Origin: Harriotta raleighana
Taxonomy: Eukaryota
DNA: 64,000 nucleotides
NCBI GenBank assembly: GCA_050575255.1
Contig: JBNZDD010013674.1
Location: 291,752 to 355,751 of the forward strand
Direction: 5' to 3'
Below are positions 38,601 to 52,691 of this stretch, one piece after another. Under the pieces are notes generated by a model. The model was not told where the DNA came from. It worked only from the letters and a program-made list of their open reading frames with translations, and searched no databases. Numbering within the stretch: the first letter of the stretch is position 1; each line of letters starts with the position of its first letter. The position numbers and the translations under genes are program-made.

Positions 38601-39703
38601 AAGATCACAGCTTCAACAAGGCTGATCAACAAGCAATTATGGCACAGATTATTTCAAGGAAATAAATTGATGCAAAGGTGAAACTAAAACGTATCAATGG
38701 GTAAAATGCAATTTTTTTTTACAAAAAAGCTAATTGATGTGGGTTCATAAAGATCATGATGTAGAAGGAACACTAAAGTATTTAATAAGGAAAATATCAC
38801 CTATGTTTCAAAAATATTTTCACATTTTATTTCCCTGAATCTGCAGTAAGTCAGATTCGATTAGATGTAGAAAAGGTTAAAACTGTTTCATTATCAGAAG
38901 ACATTTAAAAATATAAAAACTCACTTTAGAAACTGAATTACCTCCAACATTTAGATTCTAGTGTAAGCGATAGATTTAAATACACAATCTCGAATGACCA
39001 TCAAACCACCAACTCACTCTTGGTGACAGAATTATATACTGTAATGTTATGTAAAGACCTGCTGAGATAAATACAAAAAGCCAATGGACTTCATAGTTCC
39101 AGTGAATTCACAAACCACTAAAATAAAAACAGGGTTAACAGTGCTTCCAGATCCCCAGTTTTCAACATTGACAATTTTCTGTGTACCCGACAGTGATCAT
39201 CCTTACTGATATTGCTAGCTGTTTTCCAATTATTTTTGATATTACCAATTTTGAGCCAACCCTTTTCAATCTAATAAAGCAATCCCAACTACAATTATGC
39301 AGCTCTGGCATTTCTGAAGTCCAAACATTCACTGACTTACCCTTATCCAAAGATCTATTTCCCCCTCATAAAATTAAATTAGTACCGAATAGCTTAAGGC
39401 AGCAGCAACATGCCCAGAATGTATTCAGAGTCATCTTGGCTGCTGTTCCACAATCATTCATCCATCAAAATGCATTTCAATTTTCAGAGTTTCAGGGGTA
39501 CAGGACATTCATTGGAAGATTCTTAACATGCTCTCTCAGCTTCATGCCTCACTCCAGTTTTCCCACAAATAGTTGTCTTTCTAATCTAATATCTCATCTC
39601 CCCAGATCTGTCTCGCTTCCAAATTTAAAATATCAAGGACACAATGTTGTGAAATTCAATAGGTATTGCACATTTCAACAGGACAATTCTACCAATATAA
39701 TTA

Positions 39704-40432
39704 CAGTAAAACCCCATTTATCCATGACTCGATGAACTGGAAACCCCGTTGAACCAGAACCTCAAAAAAAAGTCCCGATTCGATAAACCGGAGATTATCC
39801 AGCAGAATAGTGATGATGAATTTAATGAATCGATTGTCGTACGCGAGTACTGGTGCAGCTACTCGGCTGGCCACGAGTCGAGCCAAAAGTCACGCTACTG
39901 CCGTTTGGTTTTCCTCCCATGGCTGCCATTGCAGAAGTTAAGTATAAATAATAAAGTAATAATACAATATTCTGTTATTACAGTATCTGTTATTAGTGTA
40001 TTTAGTCTAATATTTGTAGAATATTGATCAATATTTACAATAAAGTAGCCATACAATATTTTATTATTACAGTATCTGTATTTACTGTATTTATTCTATT
40101 ATTTATATGGTACAGTGTACAACATTTACAATAAAATACCCATACAATATTGTTATTATCTGTTATTATTTAGTCTATTATTGGTATGGTATGTGTTAAA
40201 ATAATTTTTAATTAAAAAATATATATATTTTTTTTTTAAATTTTTTTTTTNATACAATATTGTTATTATCTGTTATTATTTAGTCTATTATTGGTATGGT
40301 ATGTGTTAAAATAATTTTTAATTAAAAAATATATATATATTTTTTTAAAAATTTTAAAAAACAATCAACTGGAAAACTGTTTAACTGCCACTGGCCAGGT
40401 ACCTTGGGTGACGGATAAATAGGGTTTTACTG
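39704..40432. mobile_element. Tigger/pogo-type MITE
   Basis: TA|cagtaaaaccccatttatcc ... ggataaatagggttttactg|TA. Confidence 0.88.
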
Positions 40433-41190
40433 TACCATTTGTTTTCAGTCTTATTGCTAAACATGCAGCCCACACACCCATCAAATTAGACAATTTAAAT
40501 TGAAAGCTTCTTTCTTCTTCTACCTATATTGAAACTATTCTCACATTCAGTATCTAGGTTAAGATTGCCAACTGCAGAATAATCACAATATCCATTAAGC
40601 GGTATTATTTGCTATACAGTATATCCAAAATTCAACATGTTCAGAATTGAATAGCAAAATTTGGACCAACAGTTCCACCTTGTGGACACATTTATATTTG
40701 CTCAGCATTCATGAAAGAATGCTCACCTGTTTCTGTAACACTGGAGTGAAACGAAGCTCAAAGGAATCATTCATTTTAGGAATGGGCTTCACATTAACGC
40801 AATGTGTGTCTGGTGATTTAACCTGCAGTCAAGGTGGAAGAATCTGCAGCATTTTTCTCCCAGTACCGAATATATCAATTAGCAACTTGATTGCTTTCTT
40901 CTTGAAAAATTCCACACATTCCGTATGCTATGTCCAGTGGCAATTAATTCCAAAAGTTGAAACTTTTTTTTTTGTCAACTGCAGTTTCTGAGTTCAGGAA
41001 ATACAATCTTTTGCTGTCTTGTTGTTATCCAAACTACATGTCCAAATTAAGGCCTTTTTACAATGTTAAAGGATATGAATTATATGATTATAATAATGAT
41101 AATCCTTTCATTTGATATAGCGCCTTATCACGTCTTCAAGACATCTCGAAGCGCTTCACAGAATATATGGTAAAGTGAATTGACTGTATA

Positions 41191-42734
41191 CAATAAAAGC
41201 CTGTTTATCCGGCACCCTTGGGACCTGGCCAATGTGGTTAAACGGCATGCCAGATATTTGGAAAAAAACCCAACAAAAAGTACCATATTAATAATAAGAG
41301 NTGGGACCTGGCCAATGTGGTTAAACGGCATGCCAGATATTTGGAAAAAAAAACAACAAAAAGTACCATATTAATAATAGAGTAAATAATAACAGAATAT
41401 TGTATGGATACTTACTAATAAAGCAATAAATATTGATTATAGTCTATAAACACACACAATCACAAAGCAAACTTCTACAATGGCGGACGATAGTGGCTTA
41501 AAGCAGTACTGTCTTTTTTTTCCTTTTTTTTCTTTCTCTCCCTCCCCCTTCTTTCTTTCACACACACTGTCAGTCTGGCATTTCAAGGCTCCAAAACGAA
41601 CTCCCCTCCACTCATCTCATTTTCCCTCTCCCCTCCACTCTTCTAAATTAATCAATTCACCCACTCTCTCTCCCCTCCTCTCCCCCACCTCTCTCTCCCT
41701 CTCCCACTCCTCTCTCCTTCTCCCCTCACCCTTCCCTCTCTTTTCCCTCCCCCATCCTCTCTCTCCCAGCCTCCCCTTCTCCTTCTCCCACCAAAACAGT
41801 CTATAAACCCACAATATGGTCAGGTCACACCCTTAATGGAGGAGCTAGTTTATATTGCCTGTATTTTGTAGGGGCAAAACAAAATACAGTAAAAGCCTGT
41901 TTATCCGTGACCCGATCAACCGGAACTTCCGTATAACCGGCACCTCGAAAAAAGGTCCCCATTTGAATAACCGGATCTTATCTGCCACAATCATGAGAGA
42001 TTGTCGCATGAGAGTACAGTACGATTAGTTCTGAATGCATCCGGTAGTAACACTTCTGGTCACAATACGTAGTATCTGTCAGAGAGGGGGAAAGNTTCTG
42101 AATGCATCCGGTAGTAACACTTCTGGTCACAATACGTAGTATCTGTCAGAGAGAGGGGGAAAGAAANTTCACGTCAGGAGGACGTCCCAAGGCGCTGGAC
42201 AGATGATTTAAGAGGAAGGAAGNTTATCCGTGACCCGATCAACCGGAACTTCCGTATAACCGGCACCTCGAAAAAAGGTCCCCATTTGAATAACCGGATC
42301 TTATCTGCCACAATCATGAGAGATTGTCGCATGAGAGTACAGTACGATTAGTTCTGAATGCATCCGGTAGTAACACTTCTGGTCACAATACGTAGTATCT
42401 GTCAGAGAGAGGGGGAAAGAAAGAAGGAAGGAAGGAAGGAAGAGGACGAGATAGAAAGAGAGGGAGAGATAGAGAGGAAGGAAGGAGAGGGAGAGAGAGA
42501 AAAAGGAGGAAGAGGAAAAACCAACAGTGCCCCTTTAAGAGGAAAAAACGGAAGTGTCACTACCGGCAGCATTCAGAACTAATCGTACTGTACTCTCATG
42601 CGACAATCTCTCATTAAATGCGCAACCACGATTGTGGCGGATAAGATCCGGTTATTCAAATGGGGACCTTTTTTCGAGGTGCCGGTTATACCGGAGTTCT
42701 TGTTGATTGGATCACGGATAAACAGGCTTTTACT
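41191..42734. mobile_element. Rearranged Tigger/pogo-type MITE nested in a SINE
   Basis: TIRs caataaaagcctgtttatcc (41191) and ggataaacaggcttttactg (42734), with an extra inverted copy of the right end at ~41887. Several N joins inside. Confidence 0.75.
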
Positions 42735-44199
42735 GTATTTTGTAGGCGCAATCTTTTGCCCGTACAAAATACATGCAATATATTGGCTCGCTCCTCCATT
42801 AAGGGTTTGCCAAGATATAGAAGATCGAGGATTGTATCATAGAGGCAACCAGTTCAACTCTCATATGTAAAAAGAAAGGCTTTTGATGAACAAGTGCTTT
42901 TTTCCCCCCACCCAACAGCTCCAGTGCAATATGTGCCTGGACCGACAATGAACTGTGACACTCTAAGGACACTCTAACCCTTCATGTTGGAATATTCGAA
43001 GATTGGTTGCAATGATCAAAAAACTTACAAACCTTAGTTAAAAGGTAGTTAATGTAATCAACAACAACAATCCCAGGAATTCAGTAATGTCCATTAAAAT
43101 GTGCCTGAAAATTAAAATTACAGTTCCGTTTACAACCACCTTTTTGATACTTGATTTGGGAACACAGTCAAGAAAGTGTCTGGAAACATGACTTCCGAAA
43201 TCTTCAGTCACATGTTATTAGAAATTACTACAGTTCAGGGTTTCTGCTATTAGAAAAGCAATCCCCATTTCATCAATTATACTGTTACTGTTTGTAACAG
43301 AGAGTTTATTGATTGTCTACAGTTCTTCCAAAATTAGATTGTGTGAAACAAATTGGGGTTGATTTATTTCAGATAGACATGCTGTTAAGTCTAAAACAAA
43401 TCTAAATGGATTTTGCTTTAGAATGTAGAGTGGCTAAAATATCTTTGTATTGATTGTTGATACTTTGCTTTTGTTGGAACAATAAAAATCATGGAACTCG
43501 ATCTCATGTATAAAATCTAGGACATTTTTAGATCTATAATAGAGTCTAGGTCTGACAATTTCAACGGATCATTTTAGATTTAGATTCAAATAAAGAATAT
43601 ATGTTTGAATTATTTAATATACAGCAACAACAATATTACATTTGTATAGCTCCTTTCACGTCGGGAGGACGTCCCAAGGCCTGCAATATAGATGTTATAG
43701 GACAGAAGAGGGTACTTCTACACACAAAAATCAGACTTCAAAATAGCAAGTTCTCTCACTGTAGCAAGTCAATTGTTATGGACCACCCCCTTTCCCCATA
43801 CCTTACAGGAGATACAAAACCCCCAGGGCTTTTTCCAGCAAGTTAATTTGCTGAGCAGATTTGGCTCACTGAATCACTTTGGATGACAGACACTTCCCAC
43901 ACCCATGTAAATTATCCTAGATAAATGCAATTCTTCCAACTGCTTCAGAGTACCAGATACAAATACTGTTTAAACACCTAATAGAAACTGTCTTTTTTTT
44001 GGGAAAGGATTAAAAACGAGTCATTGTATTAGTTGCCAATTCTTTCTTGCATATTCCTGAATACGTTTTCTAGTTAATATTTATTCAGCTTCTTTTTGAT
44101 GCAATTTTTTTTTAAATGGGGAATTTCGGGAAAGAATCCAAGGCTAATGATGAAGAGCAACATCATAATCAAATACAGTAAGAAAGACGATAAGACAAG

Positions 44200-44680
44200 G
44201 ATGTCAAGGCATTGTAGAGCCAGGATGGTACTGAGGGAATAAGGAACTTGAGTTATCAGGAGAGGCTGGAGGAGCTAGAATAATTCTCCTTGGAGCAGAG
44301 AAGGTTAAGAGGAGACTCAATAGAAGTTTTCAAAATTATGAGGGGATTCGATAAGGTGAACAAAGATAAATTATTTCCACTGGTGAATGTGTCGGTACCC
44401 CGAGGACACCGATTTTAAATAGTTAAATAGTTTAAAAGAAGTTAAAAGAAACCGAGTGGAAGTGAAGGGAAATTTTTTCACGCAGCAAGTTGTTCGGATG
44501 TGTAATGCATTATTTGAAAGGGTAGTGAAAGCCAACTAGATAACAACTTTTAAGAGAGAAGTAGATAGTTATTTGGGGAGGACAGGTTTGCAGGGCTTCG
44601 GAGAGAGGGCGGGGCAGTGGGATTGATTTGGACAGCTTTTTCATAGAATGGCCTCCTTCTGAGCTGTATAATTCTATGAA
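44200..44680 (+). mobile_element. CR1 3' fragment
   Basis: Degenerate LEQRRLRGD.IEVFKIMRG.D.V...LFP...TRGH motif and 3' UTR. Confidence 0.85.
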
Positions 44681-45264
44681 GATAATGTAGTTCTTAGGTA
44701 ACACAGCAATTATTTTCCCCTGTTCTTCATGTTCACTGCAGTGTAAGGGGAAAGCACTCTTCCGATCTGTAGTTTCAAATGAGTACTGTTCAATTTTGAA
44801 CTTGTTTCCTGTGCTCAAATTATAAATCAAAAGTACTGCCTTGGAAGTAGTCTTAAAACAGAATTACAAAACTATCAGAATGATATCTGAAGTTGAAAAC
44901 ACATTGGGCAAACACAAAAGATTGAGGAAAGCCTGCATTCACAATTGATCTACACCAAAACTTGAAGGCTGAAATAAATACTAAGGATACATGTTCTTCT
45001 CATTGTTGAGTACTGGCTTCAGTTCCATATTGTAGTGTGTGATACCTACTTTAAACCAATATGTTAATTGACTGTAATTAATCAATAGAAATCTTGTAAA
45101 CACAGCAGTCCCTGGGCATTTCACAAAGTAAATATTTAACACTTTTAAAAAAAAATGAAATAATTTGTTTAATGTTGTTTGCATGGCATATTTTCCTGAT
45201 GAATTTGCTTATTGGCCCTATCAAAATGTGTATGCATTATAGGCCTTGTGTAAACAGTACTTAC

Positions 45265-45328
45265 CTTCTGCCGGTTCATCCCTGAGGTACGAAGGCACTT
45301 TCGTTTGATCGTTGTTTGTTTGATCCAT
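45265..45328 (-). CDS. TMEM263: Transmembrane protein 263, first coding exon (exon spans 45265-45334)
   Basis: Acceptor ttactttttctaatAG|AAAAGG-ATG. Encodes MDQTNNDQTKVPSYLRDEPAE plus 1 nt, then donor GTAAGT. It joins in frame to 35584: 64+287 = 351 nt = 116 aa + stop, the length of human TMEM263. Confidence 0.95.
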
Positions 45329-45451
45329 CCTTTTCTATTAGAAAAAGTAAAGTTAGAAAACCTAAAAAAAGCCATCTTCAATTTATAAAACCTCTACTCT
45401 TGCATGATCAAAGATTATCCACAACATTTTTTTTTTAAAAAGAACGAAGTA

Positions 45452-45972
45452 CAGTAAAACCTTGTTTATCCATGACTCAATGAACCAGAAAACCCATTCC
45501 ACCGCCATCTCAAAAAAAGTCCAGATTCAATGAATCGGAAGTTATCCGTCAAATAGTGATGATGCGTTTAATTAATCACTTGTCACACGCGAGTACTTGT
45601 GCAGGTACTTGAGGCTGGGTGCTAATCGGGTCTAAACTCGCTCCTGCTCCTTTTAAAAGTCACGTTTTTTTTTACCTCCATTGGGTGAGGACTGCCATTG
45701 CGAAGATAAGTATAAACAATAAAGTACTAATACAATATTCTGTTATTATTTAGTCTATTATTAATGGTATGTGTTCAAATAATTTTTAATTAAAAATATA
45801 TTTTAAAAAAAAAATTTTTTTTTNAGTCTATTATTAATGGTATGTGTTCAAATAATTTTTAATTAAAAATATATATATTTTTTAATTTTTTTAAAAAAAA
45901 CGTTCATCCGCCAAAACCGTTTAACCGCCACTGGTCAGTTCCCGTGGGTGCCAGATAAACAGGGTTTTACTG
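45452..45972. mobile_element. Tigger/pogo-type MITE
   Basis: TA|cagtaaaaccttgtttatcc ... agataaacagggttttactg|TA, same family as 39704-40432. Confidence 0.88.
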
Positions 45973-47059
45973 TAAATGCAACAGATCTGTCGCACATTGA
46001 TGTTCTGCATCACTTCTTGTATGGCAAGATAAGGACTCGGCTTATTTTGGCTTTTATAGAGAATTCACCAGCCTTCAACAAACCATTAGGATTTTCTTTG
46101 CTATGTCGCCTGCTTAGGGTTGTTTAATGGGAATCATAATTAGATCATGTCTGCCCTATCAAAATTTTACAAACATACTTGTTAAAATCCAATAAGTTTT
46201 TCACTTTTAATTAAAAGTGCATTTTGTAAAACATTTATTATGGCTTTAACTGTATCACATAGTCAAACCCATTTCAATTTGTACTTATAATAAAATCATT
46301 TTGAACATACACTACATCATCTGCTGAAACTTAAATCCGCTTACTTCCTGGTTATAATAATAGAAGGTAGAGCAAGATTTTTGTACAATGCAGCTGCTGA
46401 AATACATTTTCATGTATATACGAAAGGAAACCAAGGCTTCTCAGAACAGACATGAATGTCACGGGCCCTGATAGGTAACATGAAATTGATCGCTCTTTAT
46501 CACCAATAAGTGTCCTGAGTATGGGACTGGCCAATCTTAATCCACAGCCGAGTGAATATGGAATAATTTGCACAAAATAGTCCCTAATACAACACTACAC
46601 TGGTTACTCAAGTGAGGCAGAAAAGATGACAAATATGGAAATAATTTGAGGATACTTCTTTATTTGTTAGGTTAATGGAGGAATTGAGGGAAACTCATAA
46701 AATTGTATTCAAATATCTTTGTAATTCTAACATTACATCTATTGAATCTATTCTTTAAATGTACATATTTTCAAATGAAATAAGAAATTCTGAAATTGCT
46801 GGGAAAGCTTTATTCCATTTTTACAATAAACTTTATATAATTCATAGAAGAATTAAGCCTGAAGGCTTGTTTTCACCCACAAAATATAGAGTCGATTCCC
46901 ATTGCAATATATTCTGCGAAGCATTTTGAGTCATCTCAAAGATTTGATAAGGCTTTATACCAAATGCAATGATTATTAGTTAATATTCTTTCAGTCTTAT
47001 GTTCCCAAGATTTCAGCAAAAAACAGTTTTGTTGCCTGAAAATGTCAGGCTGCCGAAAC

Positions 47060-47650
47060 CTCAGTCTACGCATTCGTCACATCAAGGCTCGACTCTGGAA
47101 ACTCTCTCCTCGTTGGCCTTCATGATTCTTTCCCTTCACAAGCTACAGATCATCCAGAACTCAGCAGCTCGTGTCCTCACCCTCACATCACTGCCACCCT
47201 CGCCCGGCTCCATTGGCTCCCCATCCTCCAGAGAATCGAATTCAAGATCCTCTTCCTCACTTTCAAGGCCATTCACGGCCCTGCCCCTCCCCCATCTCTC
47301 TGATCTATTGTCCCCCTATGAACCTCCCGGCCCCCTCCGTTCAGCAGGCTCCGGCCGGCTCCATGTCCCTTGCCCGACCCGCTCTACCATTGGCGGACGG
47401 CTTTCAGCCTCTCTGCCCCCACACTCTGGAACTCCATCCCACAGTTCCTTCACCTTACTCCCTCCCTCGCCTACTTCGAGGCCGATCTCAAGACCCTCCA
47501 CTTCAATCGTACCTTTGGCTGCTGTCCCAACTCTCTCCCTCCCCTCCTAATTCTCTCCCGCCCCTCCCACTGCCCTGCCCTCGCCTGTGTCCTGAACTGA
47601 CTGTTCAATGCCTTGGCATGTCCTCCCGATGTGAAAGGCAAATTGTTGAT
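47060..47650 (+). mobile_element. L2 LINE 3' fragment
   Basis: LHKLQIIQNSAARVLT and LRSAGSGRL...TIGGR motifs, plus the L2 tail. Confidence 0.85.
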
Positions 47651-48136
47651 GACCTTTCATGTAAAGAAATATTTTTGCCTTAACAAGTCAGAATCAGTGC
47701 CCTCTTTTCTTGTAGCCTTGGTGTGTGTGAAAGTATTAGCTTGGGTGAAACTATACTCTTTAAAGTAACCTGAGGCACTATTTTAAAGGCCATCTTACCT
47801 AGTTATTTCTTATTGCTCAGCTCTCTAAATCTGAGGAACATCTTAAGGTGCCCTCTCAAATCTCATCTACACAGAATAAAAGATCCAATCTGTCCAATCT
47901 TCTTGATAGCTAGATCCCTTCAATCCAAGTAAAATTCTTTTAAATCTGCCTATTCTCAGATGCTACAATATTCTTCCTTTGATCAGAAATGCACCGAATA
48001 CTCCAAATATAGTCTAACTAAGGTTTTATATAAATGTAAAATCATTCTCAACTTTTGTATTCTCTCAAATCAATGCTGCCCAGGACAGGGTTTCAGTTAG
48101 TTAAACTTTAGAAGTGCTCTGCACATAATAATAATA

Positions 48137-48544
48137 TAGTAAAACCCTGTTTATATGTGACTCGATGAACCGGAAAACCCATTGAACCTGAACCTCAAAG
48201 AAGTCCCGATTTGGCAGCACAGTGATGACGCATTTAATGAATTGATTGTTGCAAGCGAGAACTGGTGTAGGTACTCCACTGGCCGCTAGTCTAGTCTAAA
48301 CTCGCTCCTGCTCCTTTTAAAAATTGCTGCTGCTGCCGTCTTTTTTTCCTCCTTGGGATGCGGGCCACTATTGCAAATTTAAGTATAAATAATAAAGTAC
48401 TAATACAATATTCTGTTATTATTTAGTCTATTATTAATATGGTATGTGTTAAAATATATATATTTTTTAGAAACGTTCTACTGGAAAACCGTTTAACCAC
48501 CACTGGCCAGGTTCCGTGGGTGCCGGATAAATGGGGTTTTACTG
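48137..48544. mobile_element. Tigger/pogo-type MITE inserted in a SINE tail
   Basis: TIRs tagtaaaaccctgtttat / ataaatggggttttactg. The flanks rejoin to aataataatctttgcatttg. Confidence 0.85.
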
Positions 48545-48944
48545 TAATCTTTGCATTTGTCACCCCAAATCTCCCCCCACTTTCCCTCCACCCTCCCTGT
48601 CCCCAGCTCAGGTTTGAAACAATGACTGTCCAGCGTTTTGGGACGTCCCCCTGATGCGAAAGGCGCGATACAAGTGTAATTTTGTTGTTGCTGATATAGC
48701 ATTTTTCATATTTTCTAGATGTAGATGAATATGTGTGCACCTTATCTAGATACAGTCCTTTTAAGACAATAAACTGATCTAGTGATTACATTTAATTAAT
48801 TAAATTAGTCCTAAAATACTGAGAATCCTGCAATCTTCTTTTGAGGTTGTTGCTGCAACATTTAAAAAAACATTTTTCACTGCAGCTAGCTAGCCACAAA
48901 CAAAAAACTATATACATAGTACTTACTGAGTCCATGATATAATA

Positions 48945-49445
48945 GAATCATAGAATTTTACAGCACAAAAGGAGGCCATTTGGCCCATCTAGTCTGTGCC
49001 GGCTCTTAGAAAAGAGCAACACAATCCCACTGCCCAGCTTTCTCCCCATAACCTAACAGACCTATTCTCCCTAAATAAAGATCTAATTCTCTTTTAAAAG
49101 CTGTTATTGAATTGGCCTCCACCACTTTTTCAGGCAATGCATTCCAGATTCGAACAACCCGCTGAGTGAAAACATTTCTCCTCAGCTCCCCTTTGCTTTG
49201 TTTTGAAACTATTTTAAATCTGTGACCACGAGTCACAGATTCAACCACCAGTGGAAACAATTTTTCCTTATTCACCCTGTCGAATTCCCTCATGATTTTA
49301 TAAACCTCTATTTGGTCTCCTCTCAACCTTCTCTGTTCCAAAGAGAATAAACCTAGGCTATCTAGCCTTTCCTAATAACTGAAGTCCCTCAATCCTGGTA
49401 CCATTCTATTAAACCTTTCCACCCTTTCCAATGCCTCAACATCCA
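48945..49445 (-). mobile_element. CR1 3' fragment
   Basis: ORF 49006..49341: EQRRLRGDQIEVYKIMREFDRV...TRGH...FTQRVVRIWNALP; tail ttctatgattcta. Confidence 0.9.
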
Positions 49446-52409
49446 AAGGAATAACAGCAAATTACAGCACTGCAAATATTGTGGATCCTCAAATACAAAA
49501 CACATTCACTACACTTTACAGTATGTGAAGTGATTTGGGGCGTTCCAGAGCCTTGGGACATCCACTGGTGGTTGATGTGAAAGGCGCCATATGATTGTAA
49601 TTTTATTGTTCTTCTCTCAAATTGAAATGCACGATACCAAATGTAAGTACTGTATTATAATCATTTCATGAATGCATGTATCTTACACTTTTTTTTAAAG
49701 TAACTGAATCTACCAAGTTAATTTTGGGTGGTATTTTGAAATAAATTATGAATATTTTAACAAAGACTGTTCTTGCCAATTATACAGTAGATAGTAATCT
49801 GAGCAGTGGCATTTTTCATGGATTAATCAGGCTGCTGAGACGCTCTAAATTAATTCTGTAGCTTTTTTAGCATTGCTGTATTCCATTTAAGCAAAATCTA
49901 TTGAAGTTTATTTTATTTTGAAAGCACAAATAAAAGTGTTTTCATGAAAGCTTTCAACCAACAAAAATAATATTGGAATTTTTAAAAATTACTAACATTT
50001 TCTGTTACAATTATCCTACGTGAGGTGTATATATATATATATATGTTGTGCTCATACATATTTTAAATAGCATACAACACGTGTTTACATTATTTTTGTT
50101 GCTTTATAATGTCTGTTATTGAAAATGAGCCATTTGGATGGAAGGAGAAAGTGGAGATGGAGGCAAAAACTGTGATGTAGCACTGAAGGAATTCTTTTGC
50201 AAAGAATATTTTCCTTGAGGGTACAGTCTGACAGATTGAATACACCTAAAAAAAACGTAACTTTAGACAATAAGTAATCTTGTCTGAACTGTACCTTCTA
50301 ATCAATTTTATGGAAACTCCTTGACTGTCTCAATGAACTGTAAACAAAATGAAGGTACAGTATTTGGAAGAGTAATTGTGTATGAATATCTATCACCGAA
50401 ACTTCTCTCATTCTTATGAAAATGTTAATTATCACCAGGCCCTGAACATCATACAACTGTAGGTTATGGATTTAAAATAGTGCAGAAAAAAAAGGTGGCA
50501 AAACAATCACATTCTCCATTAGGATTGCTACACACCTCAATGAGCACAATTTTCACAACAACAATTTGCATTTATATAGTGCTCCTCACACAGGATAACA
50601 ACCTGGAGCTCTTCACAGTGACAGAGGATGATCCCTAGCCGAGGGGAGGGAGAGATGATTGTAGGCACTTTAGGTGNTGGAGCTCTTCACAGTGACAGAG
50701 GATGATCCCTAGCCGAGGGGAGGGAGAAATGATTGTAGGCACAATCTGAAAATGCGGAAGGAAGAGGCAAGGCAGAAGGATAGAAGAAGAGTATTCCAGA
50801 GTTTTGGAGTGTAGTGACTGAATGTGCGGACATCAATGGTAAAACAGAGGACATGCAGAAGGCCAGAGACAGTCGAGTGGAGGCAGTGGATTGTGGTTGG
50901 TGAGGTGGAGGGGGGTAAGCAGGTCAGAGAGGTAAGGAGGTACTGTTCAGCACTGTTATCATTTACTATTGAGCACAATATTCTCACAAAATGTTGTGTA
51001 TTGTACAGTTCAGATATCACTTAAGAAATTCCCTGGTGAAATGATCATGCATTTGCAATTGTACAGCTAATGAGCTAAATTCAGCACCACATAATACACA
51101 CGCGTACAGTAATTTTTCTGCCTTCTAGTCTTGTACACTTCAATACTTAAACTGTAGTTAACTTTCCAGTTTGCAGAAGTCAAGGGCAGAATTCAGATGG
51201 GTTTTTGTTCATACTTTTTTTTTAAATGTTGGTGCCAGTAATGAGACAATGAACTCTATTTAAGAGAAACGTAACACACATTCCAGGTAGCATTAAGTGG
51301 AACTAGTAACATAATGAACAGATCCCTTCTGCAGCACAGGTCTCCTGAGATTAATGTATAAAGCTATCATTTTGCTGGAGGAAAATAAATCAATTTATGA
51401 TCTCATCTCTGAGAGCCTCTGCTTGACAATTTGAAAATTTCACTGCAGGAAACAAACACTGGGTGTTCACATTCTGGGTCCCATGGAACATGTAATTGAA
51501 TACAACTCCCCTCAAGGTTTAATTAGATACTGAAAAGCAAAAAATAAGTGCTAAATCGATTTTCTACCATTTTGTTAATTGGGGTAACACTCTTTATTGT
51601 GCACCAGAATTCTATGCTGGGACTCATAAATGTCCACAAAGTAATGGAGCAATAGGAGTTACTAAGGGATGGCTGGAAGTGAAGGGAACAAGTCATATCA
51701 AATCATTCTCACACATTAAGAGTGAGTCTGATCAACAAGTGGCAGCAGCCAGGGACAATCTCTTACATATACTATAAACTGGAAAATAGTCCAACACAAA
51801 ATATTCTTTCATTTAAAACTTTAGTATTCCACCTGCCTTCCAAAAGATGACGAGATCAAATTCACAATGTTTCATTAATAGGGTAAAATATGCTGTTAAG
51901 ATACAATAAATTGCTCAATTCTATTATTCAAATAATTGACTTTTATCTTTAATTGAATGTTTGTCTCCAATCCAACTACAATCTTTAGTTTTGACCAATT
52001 TGATCTTTTTTCACCCACAAGATGTATTTTTAAATATGAGAGGAAGGCAGGGCCATAATGAGCGGCCTACTCAGATTGACGCACAAGTGCAAATCAGTAC
52101 AATAATCCATTTTAAAGGTACTCTTGTTTTAAGAGGGCGTTTCATTAAAAAAAGTTCCCCCCCCCACACATGAAAGTGTAAAAACATCTGAATTGGTTGA
52201 AACTACTTACACAGTAGAAAATAAGTACTTCGAAAAGAGAGGAACAGAGATTTGATACCAGCATCCTACTCTTCAACAGGTAATTTCTGGATTAGATGAT
52301 TTGCATGTTCAGATTTACAATCTCATTTTATAAAAGTCAAGCTTATTTCAAAACTTCTGAATGTGCTGCTGCCCATGTGCCACCTAAGTGGTTCCTGAGC
52401 ACAGTGGAT

Positions 52410-52691
52410 GACCTGGGTGTTTCGAATCCAGGCAGGTCAGGTGAAAACTTTGGGCACATTTCCTTACTACACCCAACAATAATAATAATTCATCCCAAAA
52501 AAACCTGTACCCGTAATAAATTGGTCATTTCAATCCACGATTGTTGTGGGATACTACTGTGCACAATTGGCTGACTCGTTTCATCCACAAATGTACAGTC
52601 AATTCACTTTACAGTATATTCTGTGAAGCGCTTTGAGACGTCTAGAAGACGTGAAAAGCGCTATATCAAATGCTAGGATTATTATTATTAT
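52410..52691 (+). mobile_element. SINE (B box to tail)
   Basis: Matches the family consensus. Confidence 0.85.

Noticed and set aside
39181-39735. 184-aa plus-strand ORF inside a TMEM263 intron
   Set aside because: Non-ATG start, no recognisable domain, and it runs into a MITE. Probably a chance ORF.
41500-41800. Polypyrimidine tract and associated low-complexity ORFs
   Set aside because: Low-complexity interior of the rearranged MITE, with no independent evidence of function.
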